Positions 8,348 to 17,231 of a DNA stretch of 60,721 bases are shown here, piece after piece; the first letter of the stretch is position 1; every line of letters starts with the position of its first letter. Under the pieces are notes generated by a model that was not told where the DNA came from, did no database searches, and was given only the letters and a program-made list of their open reading frames with translations. Source of the DNA: Chloroflexota bacterium (lineage in GTDB: Bacteria > Chloroflexota > Limnocylindria > Limnocylindrales > CSP1-4); assembly GCA_031431395.1 (NCBI GenBank), contig JANPDJ010000001.1, forward strand, positions 1-60,721. The letters are read 5' to 3'. The position numbers and the translations under genes were made by a program.

Positions 8348-10429
8348 ATGCCACGAACCCCGGAAGACCCTGACGGCGCGCCCGACGCCGATGGTCACCA
8401 GCTCAAGGGGCGCAAGCCCGGCGACCGGAGGGTGCGGATCGAGCGCCCGCACGCACCATTCTTCCGCTACATGGGACCAGGCCAACTGGTCGCAAAGCCT
8501 GCCGCGAGCCGCCCCACGACCGGCCTCGGCCTGGCATTCGCCCGAGTCAGGGCGGCCACGCTGGGACGGCCCCTGGCGAACGAAGAGGAGATCGGCGAGC
8601 GCCTGACGAAGAAGAAGGCGCTGGCGATCTTCAGCTCCGACGCGATCTCGTCCTCCGCCTACGCCACGGAGGAGATCCTGCGCGTCCTGATCCTGGCCGG
8701 GGCCGGGGCGCTGATGGTCTCCATCCACGTCGCGGTCGCGATCGCCATCCTGCTGGCCGTTGTGTCCATCTCGTACCGGCAGGTGTGCCGGGCGTACCCC
8801 GGCGGCGGTGGCGCCTACGTGGTGGCGCGGGAGAACCTGGCCCCGATCTTCGGGCTGATCGCGGCCGCCGCTCTGCTCATCGACTACGTGATGACAGTCG
8901 CCGTGTCCACCTCGTCGGCGCTCGACCAGATCTTCTCGATCGTCCCGGACCTGTCCGATCTGCGCGTCGAGATCGGCCTCCTCTCGATCGGACTCGTCAT
9001 GGTCGCGAACCTGCGCGGGCTGCGTGAGTCCGGCAACATCTTCGCGGTTCCCACGTACCTGTTCATCGGCCTGGCCCTGAGCATCGTCGCATCCGGTATC
9101 TGGCACATCGCGACGGGCAGCGCGCACCCGCTGCCGCGCCAGCCAAATGCGGAGCCACTGGGAACCCAGGCGATCGGCATCGTCCTCATCCTCAAGGCCT
9201 TCGCCAGCGGGTCCGTCGCTCTCACCGGCGTCGAGGCGATCGCCAACGGTGTCCCGGCGTTCAAGCCGCCTGAAGCAAGGAACGCCGCGAACACGATGAC
9301 CGCGATGGCGGTGCTCCTCGCGATCCTCTTCATCGGGATCACGGTGGTCGCTCACGCGTACGACGTTGTGCCATCGGTGGGCGGCGCGCCGTCCGTGGTC
9401 GCGCTCGTGGCGACCACGGCGTTCGGCACGGGCCCGCTCTACTACCTGTTCCAGGTCGCGACGGCACTGATCCTGTTCCTGGCCGCCAACACCAGCTTCA
9501 ACGCGTTCCCGCGCCTCGCGGCGATCCTGGCCGAAGACGGCTACATGCCCCGCCAGTTCAGCTTCCGGGGCGACCGCCTGGCGTACTCGTACGGGATCAT
9601 GGCGCTGGCCGGGATCGCCGCGGTGCTGCTGGTGCTGTTCGGTGGCGTGACGACGCTGCTCATCCCGCTGTACTCGGTGGGCGTGTTCGTCTGTTTCACC
9701 CTGTCGCAGGTCGGCATGGTCCGCCACTGGCGGACGGTTCGCGGGCCGGGGTGGTCGTGGCGGGCGATCGTGAACGGATCCGGCGCGGTGATGACCTTCA
9801 TCGTGCTCGGCATCGTTGTCACAGAGAAGTTCAGCGGCGGGGCGTACCTGGTCGTGATCCTCATCCCGACGATCGTGGGCGTGATGCTCTTCATCAGTCG
9901 CCAGTACCGCTCGACGGGGACGCAGCTCGCGATCCGGCCCGATTTCATTGCGGCTCCCACTAATCGGACGCATCGGGCGATCGTGCCGGTGCCGGGCATC
10001 AACCGGGCGGTGATCCAGGCCGTCAACGTGGCCCGTTCCATCAGCCCGGACACGCTTGCCGTCTTCATCGCGCTGGAGGCCGACGAGGCCGCGATTCTCC
10101 GACGCCAGTGGGAGCGCCAGGTGCCCGGCGTGCCCCTGGTCGTCGTGGAGTCGCCGTACCGCGCCCTGACCGGGCCCTTGCTGGCGTACCTGGATGTCCT
10201 CGATCACGCGCGCAAGGAAGGCCAGCAGGCGCCGATCACCTTCGTTGTGATCCCGGAGTTCGTGGCTCGGACATGGTGGGAGCGGATCCTGTACAACCAG
10301 TCGGTTCGCCGGTTGCGCAGCGCGCTCATCGGCCGGCCGCACACGGTCGTGGTGAACGTCCCCTACCGGCGCGAGGAACCGGAACCGGCCAGTCACGAGC
10401 CGGGACAGCCGAGGACGCACGGGCGGTGA
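8348..10429 (+). CDS. kimA: KimA-like K+/H+ symporter, paralog 2 (tandem duplicate)
   Basis: Same motif set as paralog 1 (LTKKKALAIFSSDAISSSAYATEEIL, SYRQVCRAYPGGGGAY, ANTSFNAFPRL, SPYRALTGP, LYNQSV). The two copies are clearly diverged rather than recent. Confidence 0.7.
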   Translation: MPRTPEDPDGAPDADGHQLKGRKPGDRRVRIERPHAPFFRYMGPGQLVAKPAASRPTTGLGLAFARVRAATLGRPLANEEEIGERLTKKKALAIFSSDAISSSAYATEEILRVLILAGAGALMVSIHVAVAIAILLAVVSISYRQVCRAYPGGGGAYVVARENLAPIFGLIAAAALLIDYVMTVAVSTSSALDQIFSIVPDLSDLRVEIGLLSIGLVMVANLRGLRESGNIFAVPTYLFIGLALSIVASGIWHIATGSAHPLPRQPNAEPLGTQAIGIVLILKAFASGSVALTGVEAIANGVPAFKPPEARNAANTMTAMAVLLAILFIGITVVAHAYDVVPSVGGAPSVVALVATTAFGTGPLYYLFQVATALILFLAANTSFNAFPRLAAILAEDGYMPRQFSFRGDRLAYSYGIMALAGIAAVLLVLFGGVTTLLIPLYSVGVFVCFTLSQVGMVRHWRTVRGPGWSWRAIVNGSGAVMTFIVLGIVVTEKFSGGAYLVVILIPTIVGVMLFISRQYRSTGTQLAIRPDFIAAPTNRTHRAIVPVPGINRAVIQAVNVARSISPDTLAVFIALEADEAAILRRQWERQVPGVPLVVVESPYRALTGPLLAYLDVLDHARKEGQQAPITFVVIPEFVARTWWERILYNQSVRRLRSALIGRPHTVVVNVPYRREEPEPASHEPGQPRTHGR

Positions 10430-10556
10430 TCCCGGTCGGCCCGCCCTGATGACAAGCCGTTGGAGCAGAGTGGTATCGTGACCGCGAATTGTCGAGCCGG
10501 CGCGGGCCTGATCCGGACCCGCCCACAGACCTCACTGCATCAATGGGAGCTGCCGC

Positions 10557-11015
10557 TTGCCCACCCTTCCTGAGCCGGCGTTTCGACGCGCCGTGCTGGG
10601 CCTGACCGGCGGCCCGGGCGACGAGCGGATGGTCCGCATCGCCTGCCAGTTGGCGAAGCCCCACAGGAGCGAGATCATCGGGGTCCATGTCGTCGAGATC
10701 GATTGGACGTTGCCGCTCGACGCGGACATCGCCGGCCGCAGCGAGGATGTCCAGCGGGTGCTCGACGTGGCCGAAGCGGCTGCCGAGGACACCGGCTACG
10801 CGCTGACGCCGGTGCTGCTCCAGGCGCGCGACGTCGGCGCGGCCCTCGTCGACGAGGCCAGCGAGCGCGGCGCCGACCTGTTGATGCTGAGCCTGGCCTA
10901 CCGGACGAGGTTCGGCGGCGACTTCGCGATCGGCCAGACGATTCCGTACGTGCTCAAGAACGCGCCCTGCGCCGTGTGGGTGGTGCGCGAGCCAATGCCC
11001 GGAGGCCAGCCATGA
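10557..11015 (+). CDS. Universal stress protein (UspA family)
   Basis: IIGVHVVEI..., ERGADLLMLSLAYRTRFGG..IGQTIPYVLKNAPCAVWVV. TTG start; stop overlaps the next start (ATGA). Confidence 0.75.
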   Translation: MPTLPEPAFRRAVLGLTGGPGDERMVRIACQLAKPHRSEIIGVHVVEIDWTLPLDADIAGRSEDVQRVLDVAEAAAEDTGYALTPVLLQARDVGAALVDEASERGADLLMLSLAYRTRFGGDFAIGQTIPYVLKNAPCAVWVVREPMPGGQP

Positions 11016-11560
11016 ACGTCGTGATCGTCGGATGCGGCCGTGTGGGTGCCCTGGTGGCGGCAACGATGGACGCGGCGGGTCACGCCGTGACGATCCTCGA
11101 CATTTCCACCCTTGCGTTCGACCGCCTCCCGGATACCTTCAAGGGCACGGCGATCCGCGGCAACGGCACCGATGAGGACATCCTGCGGCGGGCGGGCACC
11201 CAGGACGTGGACCTGTTCCTGGCCCTGACGGAGGGCGACAACCGCAACGTGATGTCCGCACAGATCGCGGCAGAGGTCTTCGACGCCAAGCGCGTCATCG
11301 CGAAGATCAACGATCCGCTTCGGGCGGAAGCGTATGCAGACCTCGGGATCGGGACGATCTGCCGGACGACGATCCTGACGGACGCGATCCTCGGGTATGT
11401 CGGCGTGCCCGGCACAGGCTCCACTGGTGTTCGGGCTCCGGCAGGCGCCCACCCGGGTGCGGACCATCCACCGGTCCTGGGAGCAGTGAGTGCAGCAGCA
11501 GTCAACCCAGCCGCGGGCGCGGCGGCCCCGAACGGCCGCGCCGTAGCTTCGGAGGCCTGA
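11012..11560 (+). CDS. trkA: TrkA/CeoB-like RCK_N (NAD-binding) protein with disordered tail, no RCK_C
   Basis: MNVVIVGCGRVGALVA Rossmann motif, then LTEGDNRNVMSAQIA. Ends in a Gly/Ala/Pro-rich tail. Confidence 0.8.
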   Translation: MNVVIVGCGRVGALVAATMDAAGHAVTILDISTLAFDRLPDTFKGTAIRGNGTDEDILRRAGTQDVDLFLALTEGDNRNVMSAQIAAEVFDAKRVIAKINDPLRAEAYADLGIGTICRTTILTDAILGYVGVPGTGSTGVRAPAGAHPGADHPPVLGAVSAAAVNPAAGAAAPNGRAVASEA

Positions 11561-11562
11561 TC

Positions 11563-12240
11563 GTGTTCGTCCTGGTTGTCGGCGGCGGCAAGGTGGGCTA
11601 CTACCTGACGCGCGAGTTGATCCAGTCCAACCACGAAGTGGTCCTCATGGAGAAGGATCGCGCCCGGGCCGGCCAGATCGCCGATGAGATCGGGTCCGTG
11701 GTGATCGCCCGCGACGGGTGCGAGGGCAAGTACCTCGCGGAGGCGGGTGCCAACCGGGCGGACATCGTCGCGGCGGTCACCGGTGACGACGAGGACAACC
11801 TCGTCATCTGCCAGATGGCGAAGCACCACTTCGCGGTGCCACGCACGATTGCACGCGTCAACAATCCGGCCAACGAGGTGCTCTTCAAGCACCTTGGCGT
11901 GGACGAACTGATCTCGCCGACGCGCATGGTCCTCGCGTCCATCGAGCAGGACATCCCCGTCAACGAGTTGCTGCACCTCGCGGCCCTGGGCAGCGGCGAA
12001 CTGGAGCTGATCGAGGCGCACCTTGCGCCGGGCTCACCGGCGATCGGCCTCGCGACCGGTGACCTCGATATCCCCGATGGGTGCACCCTTTTCGCGGTGA
12101 TCCGCAATGGGCGCGCGACACGCCTGGCGCCGGACACGATCCTGCTGGAGGGCGACAAGGTCCTGGCCATCGGCCAGAGCGAATGCAAGGTCGCGCTTCA
12201 CGCCCAGTTCATCGGGACGTCCGAGCCCCTCATCCCCTGA
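11563..12240 (+). CDS. trkA: TrkA/CeoC-like RCK_N + RCK_C potassium-transport regulatory protein
   Basis: VLVVGGGKVGYYLTREL, VTGDDEDNLVICQMAK. The C-terminal RCK_C-like part includes ELIEAHLAPGSPAIG and LLEGDKVLAIG. Confidence 0.85.
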   Translation: MFVLVVGGGKVGYYLTRELIQSNHEVVLMEKDRARAGQIADEIGSVVIARDGCEGKYLAEAGANRADIVAAVTGDDEDNLVICQMAKHHFAVPRTIARVNNPANEVLFKHLGVDELISPTRMVLASIEQDIPVNELLHLAALGSGELELIEAHLAPGSPAIGLATGDLDIPDGCTLFAVIRNGRATRLAPDTILLEGDKVLAIGQSECKVALHAQFIGTSEPLIP

Positions 12241-13813
12241 CGGCAGCGCCCGCCCGCTTGCGAACGAGGGCTCGCCACGTCATCGCCCAGCGCGCAGGAT
12301 CGTCGGCGGCTTCTTCGTCCAGGATTGCCACCGGGCCGCGGTGCGGTGCCGACCGAACCTCTGCCGGCGCCGTCCGTGCTTCGTCGGCGATGGCCGCAAG
12401 GATGGCTGCCAGCTCGTCCAGGTCGTCTTTCGAGACCATCTCCGTGGGTTCCAGGGTCATCGGCTCCGGCACCAGCATGGGATGGTGGCTCGTGTAGTAG
12501 GGCTGGAGGCCGTAGTCCGTCGTGCGGCGCACGATGTCGTCCGTGGTGACGCCGGTCTCGGCGGTCAATTGCGCCCACGACCAGCGGACCTGGTCGAGGC
12601 GGGGCCCGCTCCCCTCGTACGGCATGGTGAGACCGGGGACCTGGGCGAGGAGGTGCACGAGGTAGTTGTTGTTGAGCACCGCCGTCTCGGCGACCGTTCG
12701 CAACCCGTCCGCTCCCAGCGCAAGGAGCCACGCGTACGCCCGGACCACCACCTGGAAGTTGCCGGCCCACGCGCGAACCCGCCCGACGGACTGCGGCCGG
12801 TCGCGGTCAAGGATGTAGCCGTCGCCGGCGAAGCGCACGACGGGCGACGGCAGGAACGGCGCCAGGTCCGCACGAACACCAACGGCCGACGCGCCGGGGC
12901 CGACCGAGTTGTGGGGCGCCCCGAATGTCTTGTGGAGGTTGAACTGGCCCAGGTCGAAGCCCGCGTCCGCGGCCCGCGCGATGCCCAGCAGCGGGTTGCC
13001 GTTCGCCTGGTCGTAGGCGCACAGCCCCCCGGCCTCGTGGACGAGCCGGACGAACTCCCCGACGTGGGGGTTGAAGATGCCCGTGTCCTCGGGGTTCGTG
13101 AGCATCAGCCCGGCGGTCCGCGGCGAAATCGCGGCGCGTAGCGCATCCACGTCCGGGAATCCGCGTTCACCGGGCATCAGCGAGATGACGCGGAACCCGG
13201 CGGTTGCGGCGCCGGCGGCGTTGGCCGGATGCGAGAAGGTCGTCGTGATGATCTCGTCGCGGCGGTGGCCTTCCCCCCGGGCCTCGTGCCAGGCGCGGAT
13301 GATGAGCGCGCTGGTGTAGATGCCCTGGCTGCCGCCGCCACCCTGGAAGCTGAACGCGCCGAAGCCCGACACGGCCTTCAGCAGCTGCTCGCAGCGCCAG
13401 CTGATCTCCAGCAACCCCTGGACGCTCTCGGGATCCTGGTCCGGGTGCAGGTCGAGAAGCTTGGGGCTGCGGGCGATCAGCTCGCCGACGAGCGGGCTGT
13501 ACTTCATCGTGCAGGTGCCCAGGGTGTCCGCTACGAGGTGGGCGCCCTGGCTCATCTGCGACAACCGCAGGAAATGGCGCAGGACGAGCGGTTGGGCCAG
13601 CTCCGGGAGCCGGGGCGCGACTGCACGCCGGAGCGCGGCCGGGATCGCCGCAAGCGCAGCGTCCTGCCCGGCGGCGACCTCGGGATCCAGGGGCGGCAGG
13701 ATCAGGCCGCGCTGGCCGGGCGTGCCGAGTTCCGTGACGAGCGGCTCGTTCCAGCGGACGCCCTGGTAGTGGCGGCCGGCGGGCTCCCGACCCGGCGCTC
13801 CGGTGGGCGTCAC
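12230..13813 (-). CDS. gcvPB: Glycine dehydrogenase (decarboxylating) subunit 2-like PLP enzyme
   Basis: Full-length GcvPB-like. PLP-lysine motif FNLHKTFGAPHNSVGPG (canonical form is NLHKTF..PHGGGGPG). GTG start overlaps the gcvPA stop. Confidence 0.8.
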   Translation of the reverse strand: MTPTGAPGREPAGRHYQGVRWNEPLVTELGTPGQRGLILPPLDPEVAAGQDAALAAIPAALRRAVAPRLPELAQPLVLRHFLRLSQMSQGAHLVADTLGTCTMKYSPLVGELIARSPKLLDLHPDQDPESVQGLLEISWRCEQLLKAVSGFGAFSFQGGGGSQGIYTSALIIRAWHEARGEGHRRDEIITTTFSHPANAAGAATAGFRVISLMPGERGFPDVDALRAAISPRTAGLMLTNPEDTGIFNPHVGEFVRLVHEAGGLCAYDQANGNPLLGIARAADAGFDLGQFNLHKTFGAPHNSVGPGASAVGVRADLAPFLPSPVVRFAGDGYILDRDRPQSVGRVRAWAGNFQVVVRAYAWLLALGADGLRTVAETAVLNNNYLVHLLAQVPGLTMPYEGSGPRLDQVRWSWAQLTAETGVTTDDIVRRTTDYGLQPYYTSHHPMLVPEPMTLEPTEMVSKDDLDELAAILAAIADEARTAPAEVRSAPHRGPVAILDEEAADDPARWAMTWRALVRKRAGAAVRG

Positions 13814-15195
13814 CGCAGCACCTCGGAGAGGGTGTCCGCAAGGCGGTCGATCTCCGCCTGTCCGTGGGTCTCGGTCACCGCATAGAGGGCCGACTCACCG
13901 AGCCAGGGCAGGTCGGCCGACAGGTCCCGGCCCCCGAAGATGCCGCGCTCCCGCAGCGCCGCGTTGACCCGGGCCACAGAGCGCCCAGTCCCGCCGAAGT
14001 CCACGACCACTTCGCGGATGTGCGCGCGGCCCATTCGCGGGACACGGATCCCCGGGATGGCACCGAGCCGCCGCACCAGGTATGCGGTGCGAGCTGCCAG
14101 TCCCTCGCCGAGTTCCTGGATCCCGGCGGGACCCAGCAGCGAGAGGTACACGGCCGCGGCGATTCCCCACAGCCACTGCGAGGTGCCCGTGTAGTCCTGC
14201 GCGTCGCCGCGCAGGTCGTAGGACGTGGAGCTCAGCATGGACCACGCGAACCCGGTCGCGGATCCGTCCCGGGTGGGCACGGCGCTGATGAGGATCGAGG
14301 GGTTCTCGCGCATGTAGTCCGCGTCGTCACGGTGGGCGATGAAGCCCACCTGGCCGCCGCCGAAGAGCGGATGGACCCCCAGGGGTTGGGCGTCGCCGGC
14401 CACGATGTCCGCCCCGTAGGCGCCTGGCGCCTCGAGGACGCCCAGCGTCGAGGGGTCCACGCTGACGACCAGCAGCGCCCCTGCCGCGTGCGTCGCGTCG
14501 CAGATCTCCGGGACATGCTCCTCGACGAATCCCAGGTACGACGGGTTTTCCACGAGGACGCCGGCCACGTCCGGGCCCATCATCACGGCCAGCGCGTCGA
14601 GATCGACCATCCCGGTCGTGCGGTCGGCCGGCACGATCTCCACCCGGGCCCGGCGGGCGAAGGTGGCCAGGTGCTGGTGCGTGGCAGGGTTGGCGGTCTC
14701 CGGGACGAGAATCCGCGGCCTGCCCGTGAGCCGGGTGGCCATGAGGAGGGCGCTGGACGTCGCGGTGATCCCGTCGTACGTGGGCGCACTGACCACGTCC
14801 ATCCCCACCAGCTCGCCGATGAGGCTCTGGAACTCGAAGATCGCCTGGTACTTGCCCAGGTCCGCGTACGGACCGCCGCCATACGAGGTGACGAACTCCG
14901 CCCGGTTGATGATCTCGTCCACCACGGCGGGCACATTGCCGGCCCAGCATCCGCCGCCCAGAAAGCTCAGCGCCTCGCCCGTGTGCGTGTTCCGTTCGAG
15001 GAGGCCGCCCACATGCCGTCGCAGTGCCACCTCGTCTGTCATGGGCGGCGGAAGATCCAGCGCAGTCCGGAGCCGCAGCGCTTCCGGGACCGAGGCGTAC
15101 AGGGCCTCCACCGAATCGACCCCGATCGCCGCCAGCATCTCCGCGCGGACGCCGGGCGCGGAGTTGGGGATGTACGGGTGTGCCCGCCCGGTCAT
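13810..15195 (-). CDS. gcvPA: Glycine dehydrogenase (decarboxylating) subunit 1-like
   Basis: HPYIPNSAPGVRAEMLAAIGV, FLGGGCW and EFQSLIGELVGMDV are typical of GcvPA. Start set at an internal ATG that forms an ATGA overlap with the upstream ORF. Confidence 0.8.
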   Translation of the reverse strand: MTGRAHPYIPNSAPGVRAEMLAAIGVDSVEALYASVPEALRLRTALDLPPPMTDEVALRRHVGGLLERNTHTGEALSFLGGGCWAGNVPAVVDEIINRAEFVTSYGGGPYADLGKYQAIFEFQSLIGELVGMDVVSAPTYDGITATSSALLMATRLTGRPRILVPETANPATHQHLATFARRARVEIVPADRTTGMVDLDALAVMMGPDVAGVLVENPSYLGFVEEHVPEICDATHAAGALLVVSVDPSTLGVLEAPGAYGADIVAGDAQPLGVHPLFGGGQVGFIAHRDDADYMRENPSILISAVPTRDGSATGFAWSMLSSTSYDLRGDAQDYTGTSQWLWGIAAAVYLSLLGPAGIQELGEGLAARTAYLVRRLGAIPGIRVPRMGRAHIREVVVDFGGTGRSVARVNAALRERGIFGGRDLSADLPWLGESALYAVTETHGQAEIDRLADTLSEVLR

Positions 15196-15920
15196 CCCGC
15201 CAGCCCGTCCCACCACGTGCCGGCCGGCGAGAGGCTGGACTCGCCGAGGGCCACGTGCGTGGACGAGAACGGCCGCCCGAGATGGCGCTCCCACCAGGGG
15301 TCCACCCACGGATCACCGGGTACGAGGTCCCCGTCGATCTGGAGGTCTGCCCCATCGAACCCGGCCAGCATCCCCACGATGTCCCGCTCCGGCGTGAACG
15401 TGCCCGCCATGGCGGCCGTCCAGATGGGCTCTTCCGGCTGCGTCCAGCGTGCCTCGATCGTGGGCCCGCCGGCTGCCCGGATGGTCCAGCCGACGCCGTC
15501 CACCGTCCACGGGTGACGGTGGAAGGTGGCCGCCCCTGCGTTCTGGTCGAGGCTGGTGCCGATGCCGCGCGAGACGTCGCGGGTCGTCGTCAGGTGCCGC
15601 AGGCGAGCCTGCATGCGGGCCGCCATGTCCGCTGAATCCGTGAGGGTGAGGTCAAGCTCGCGACCGCCGGCGTCGCGCGTCCGGAGAAACGCGACGTGGC
15701 CGGTGCCAAGCTCCGGCGAGTACCCCACGGCGTAGACCGTGAAATACGCCGCCGCGCCCGAGGACGCCCGCAGGTCGATCACGAAATGATCGAAGCACTG
15801 CAGGATCCGTCCGGGATGGATCGCCGCCGGCCCATTCGCCACGTCGCGACTGTATACGCTGCAGGTGGGAGATTCCACGGCTGGCTGCAACAGGGGGACC
15901 GCGACGTGGACCAGGTTCAA
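15192..15920 (-). CDS. Hypothetical protein translationally coupled to gcvPA
   Basis: 242-aa ORF with non-repetitive, Trp-rich composition unlike the antisense shadow ORFs. Its stop overlaps the gcvPA ATG. I recognise no family. The 5' end is uncertain because it would overlap the divergent M20 start. Confidence 0.5.
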   Translation of the reverse strand: MNLVHVAVPLLQPAVESPTCSVYSRDVANGPAAIHPGRILQCFDHFVIDLRASSGAAAYFTVYAVGYSPELGTGHVAFLRTRDAGGRELDLTLTDSADMAARMQARLRHLTTTRDVSRGIGTSLDQNAGAATFHRHPWTVDGVGWTIRAAGGPTIEARWTQPEEPIWTAAMAGTFTPERDIVGMLAGFDGADLQIDGDLVPGDPWVDPWWERHLGRPFSSTHVALGESSLSPAGTWWDGLAG

Positions 15921-17231
15921 GCGATTGCCGCCGCCTCCGCGGCCATCGATGCGGCACGAGGCGAGATCATCTCAACGCTGCGCGCGCTCATCGCGGTGCC
16001 CAGCGTCAACCCGAACTACCCGCACTTCGACGGTGTGCCCGCCGGCAGTGGGACGGGCGAGACGGCGGCCCAGGCGGTGCTCAGGAAGGTCTACGAAGCG
16101 GCCGGGTGCGAGATCGACCAGTTCGAAGCGGTCGCCGGGCGGGCGAACCTCGTCGGCGTGCAACGCGGCTCGGGTGCCGTGGATGCCAGGACGCTGATCT
16201 TCAACGGCCACGTGGACACAGTGGCGCCAGGACGGCCGGATGCATGGTCATCCGGGGATCCCTTCGACGGGCGGATCGAGGGGGACCTCCTCTACGGCCT
16301 CGGCGCCTCCGACCAGAAGTCCGGCCTGGTGGCACAGGCCTGGGCGGTCCGGGCCCTGGCGGCGGCCGGCATCCGCCTGCGCGGCGACCTCACCGTGGAG
16401 AGCGTCGTCGGCGAGGAGATGATGGAGCACCACTCCGGCGTGACCGCCACGATCGAACGGGGCCATCGGGCCGACGCGGCGATCGTCTCCGAGCCAACGT
16501 CGTTCTCCGGCGCGCCAACACTCGCGCCGTGCTCCGGCGGAGGCACGACGTTCACGGTCCGCATCGACGGGCTCACCGCCCATTCCTGCGCGCGCGGGAA
16601 CCACATCTGGCCTGGCGGCACGGGCGAGCGGCACGCGGTCAACGCGATCGAGAAGGCGTTCGTGGTGACGCAGGCCTTGCGCCGCCTGGAGGAGGAGTGG
16701 GGCAGGACGCGGGCTCACCCGCTCTTCCCGCCGGGCTACTTCACGATCGGGCCCGACACGTTCATGGGCACCCTCCACGGGCAGACATTCAGCTGGGCGG
16801 TGGCCAACCAGGTGAACCTCGAGTACCTGGTCATGTACGAGCCGACGCGGACGCAGGCCGAGGTGCGTGTGGAAATCGAGGCATACCTTGGGCGTATCTT
16901 CGACACCGATCCCTGGCTGCGCGAGCACCGGCCGGCGATCGAATGGCCGCACAACTGGCCCCCGTACGACACGCCGGTGGCCCATCCGCTCGTCACCACG
17001 ATGCAGTCCGCGCACCAGGCGGCCCTCTCCGCGCCCGTGGAGGTCGCCGGGTTCGCGGCCGTGGACGACGCGACGTTCTTCGAGCGTGCCGGGATCCCCG
17101 CGGTCTCCTACGGCCCAGGCAGCATCCTGACGTGCCATTGTTTCGACGAGCACGTCCCCATCAGCGACGTGATCCGGGCGGCGAAGGTCTACGCGGCGAC
17201 CGCGATCCAGTGGTGTGGAGTCGAACGATGA
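15906..17231 (+). CDS. M20-family metallopeptidase / deacylase (ArgE/DapE-like)
   Basis: LIAVPSVNP, LIFNGHVDTV, YGLGASDQKSG, ESVVGEEM and GPGS...CH are M20 signatures. GTG start chosen inside ORF 15696..17231. Confidence 0.8.
   Translation: MDQVQAIAAASAAIDAARGEIISTLRALIAVPSVNPNYPHFDGVPAGSGTGETAAQAVLRKVYEAAGCEIDQFEAVAGRANLVGVQRGSGAVDARTLIFNGHVDTVAPGRPDAWSSGDPFDGRIEGDLLYGLGASDQKSGLVAQAWAVRALAAAGIRLRGDLTVESVVGEEMMEHHSGVTATIERGHRADAAIVSEPTSFSGAPTLAPCSGGGTTFTVRIDGLTAHSCARGNHIWPGGTGERHAVNAIEKAFVVTQALRRLEEEWGRTRAHPLFPPGYFTIGPDTFMGTLHGQTFSWAVANQVNLEYLVMYEPTRTQAEVRVEIEAYLGRIFDTDPWLREHRPAIEWPHNWPPYDTPVAHPLVTTMQSAHQAALSAPVEVAGFAAVDDATFFERAGIPAVSYGPGSILTCHCFDEHVPISDVIRAAKVYAATAIQWCGVER

Noticed and set aside
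8087-10420. 777-aa ORF on the minus strand
   Set aside because: It lies antisense to the well-supported KimA-like gene. Its Arg/Asp/His/Gly/Pro-rich, motif-less composition is typical of shadow ORFs in very GC-rich DNA.
16106-17227. Upstream 374 codons of the 946-aa ORF 16106..18946
   Set aside because: This part lies out of frame inside the M20 peptidase gene and is Arg/Gly/Pro junk. SBP homology begins only after the ATGATG at 17228, which overlaps the M20 stop.
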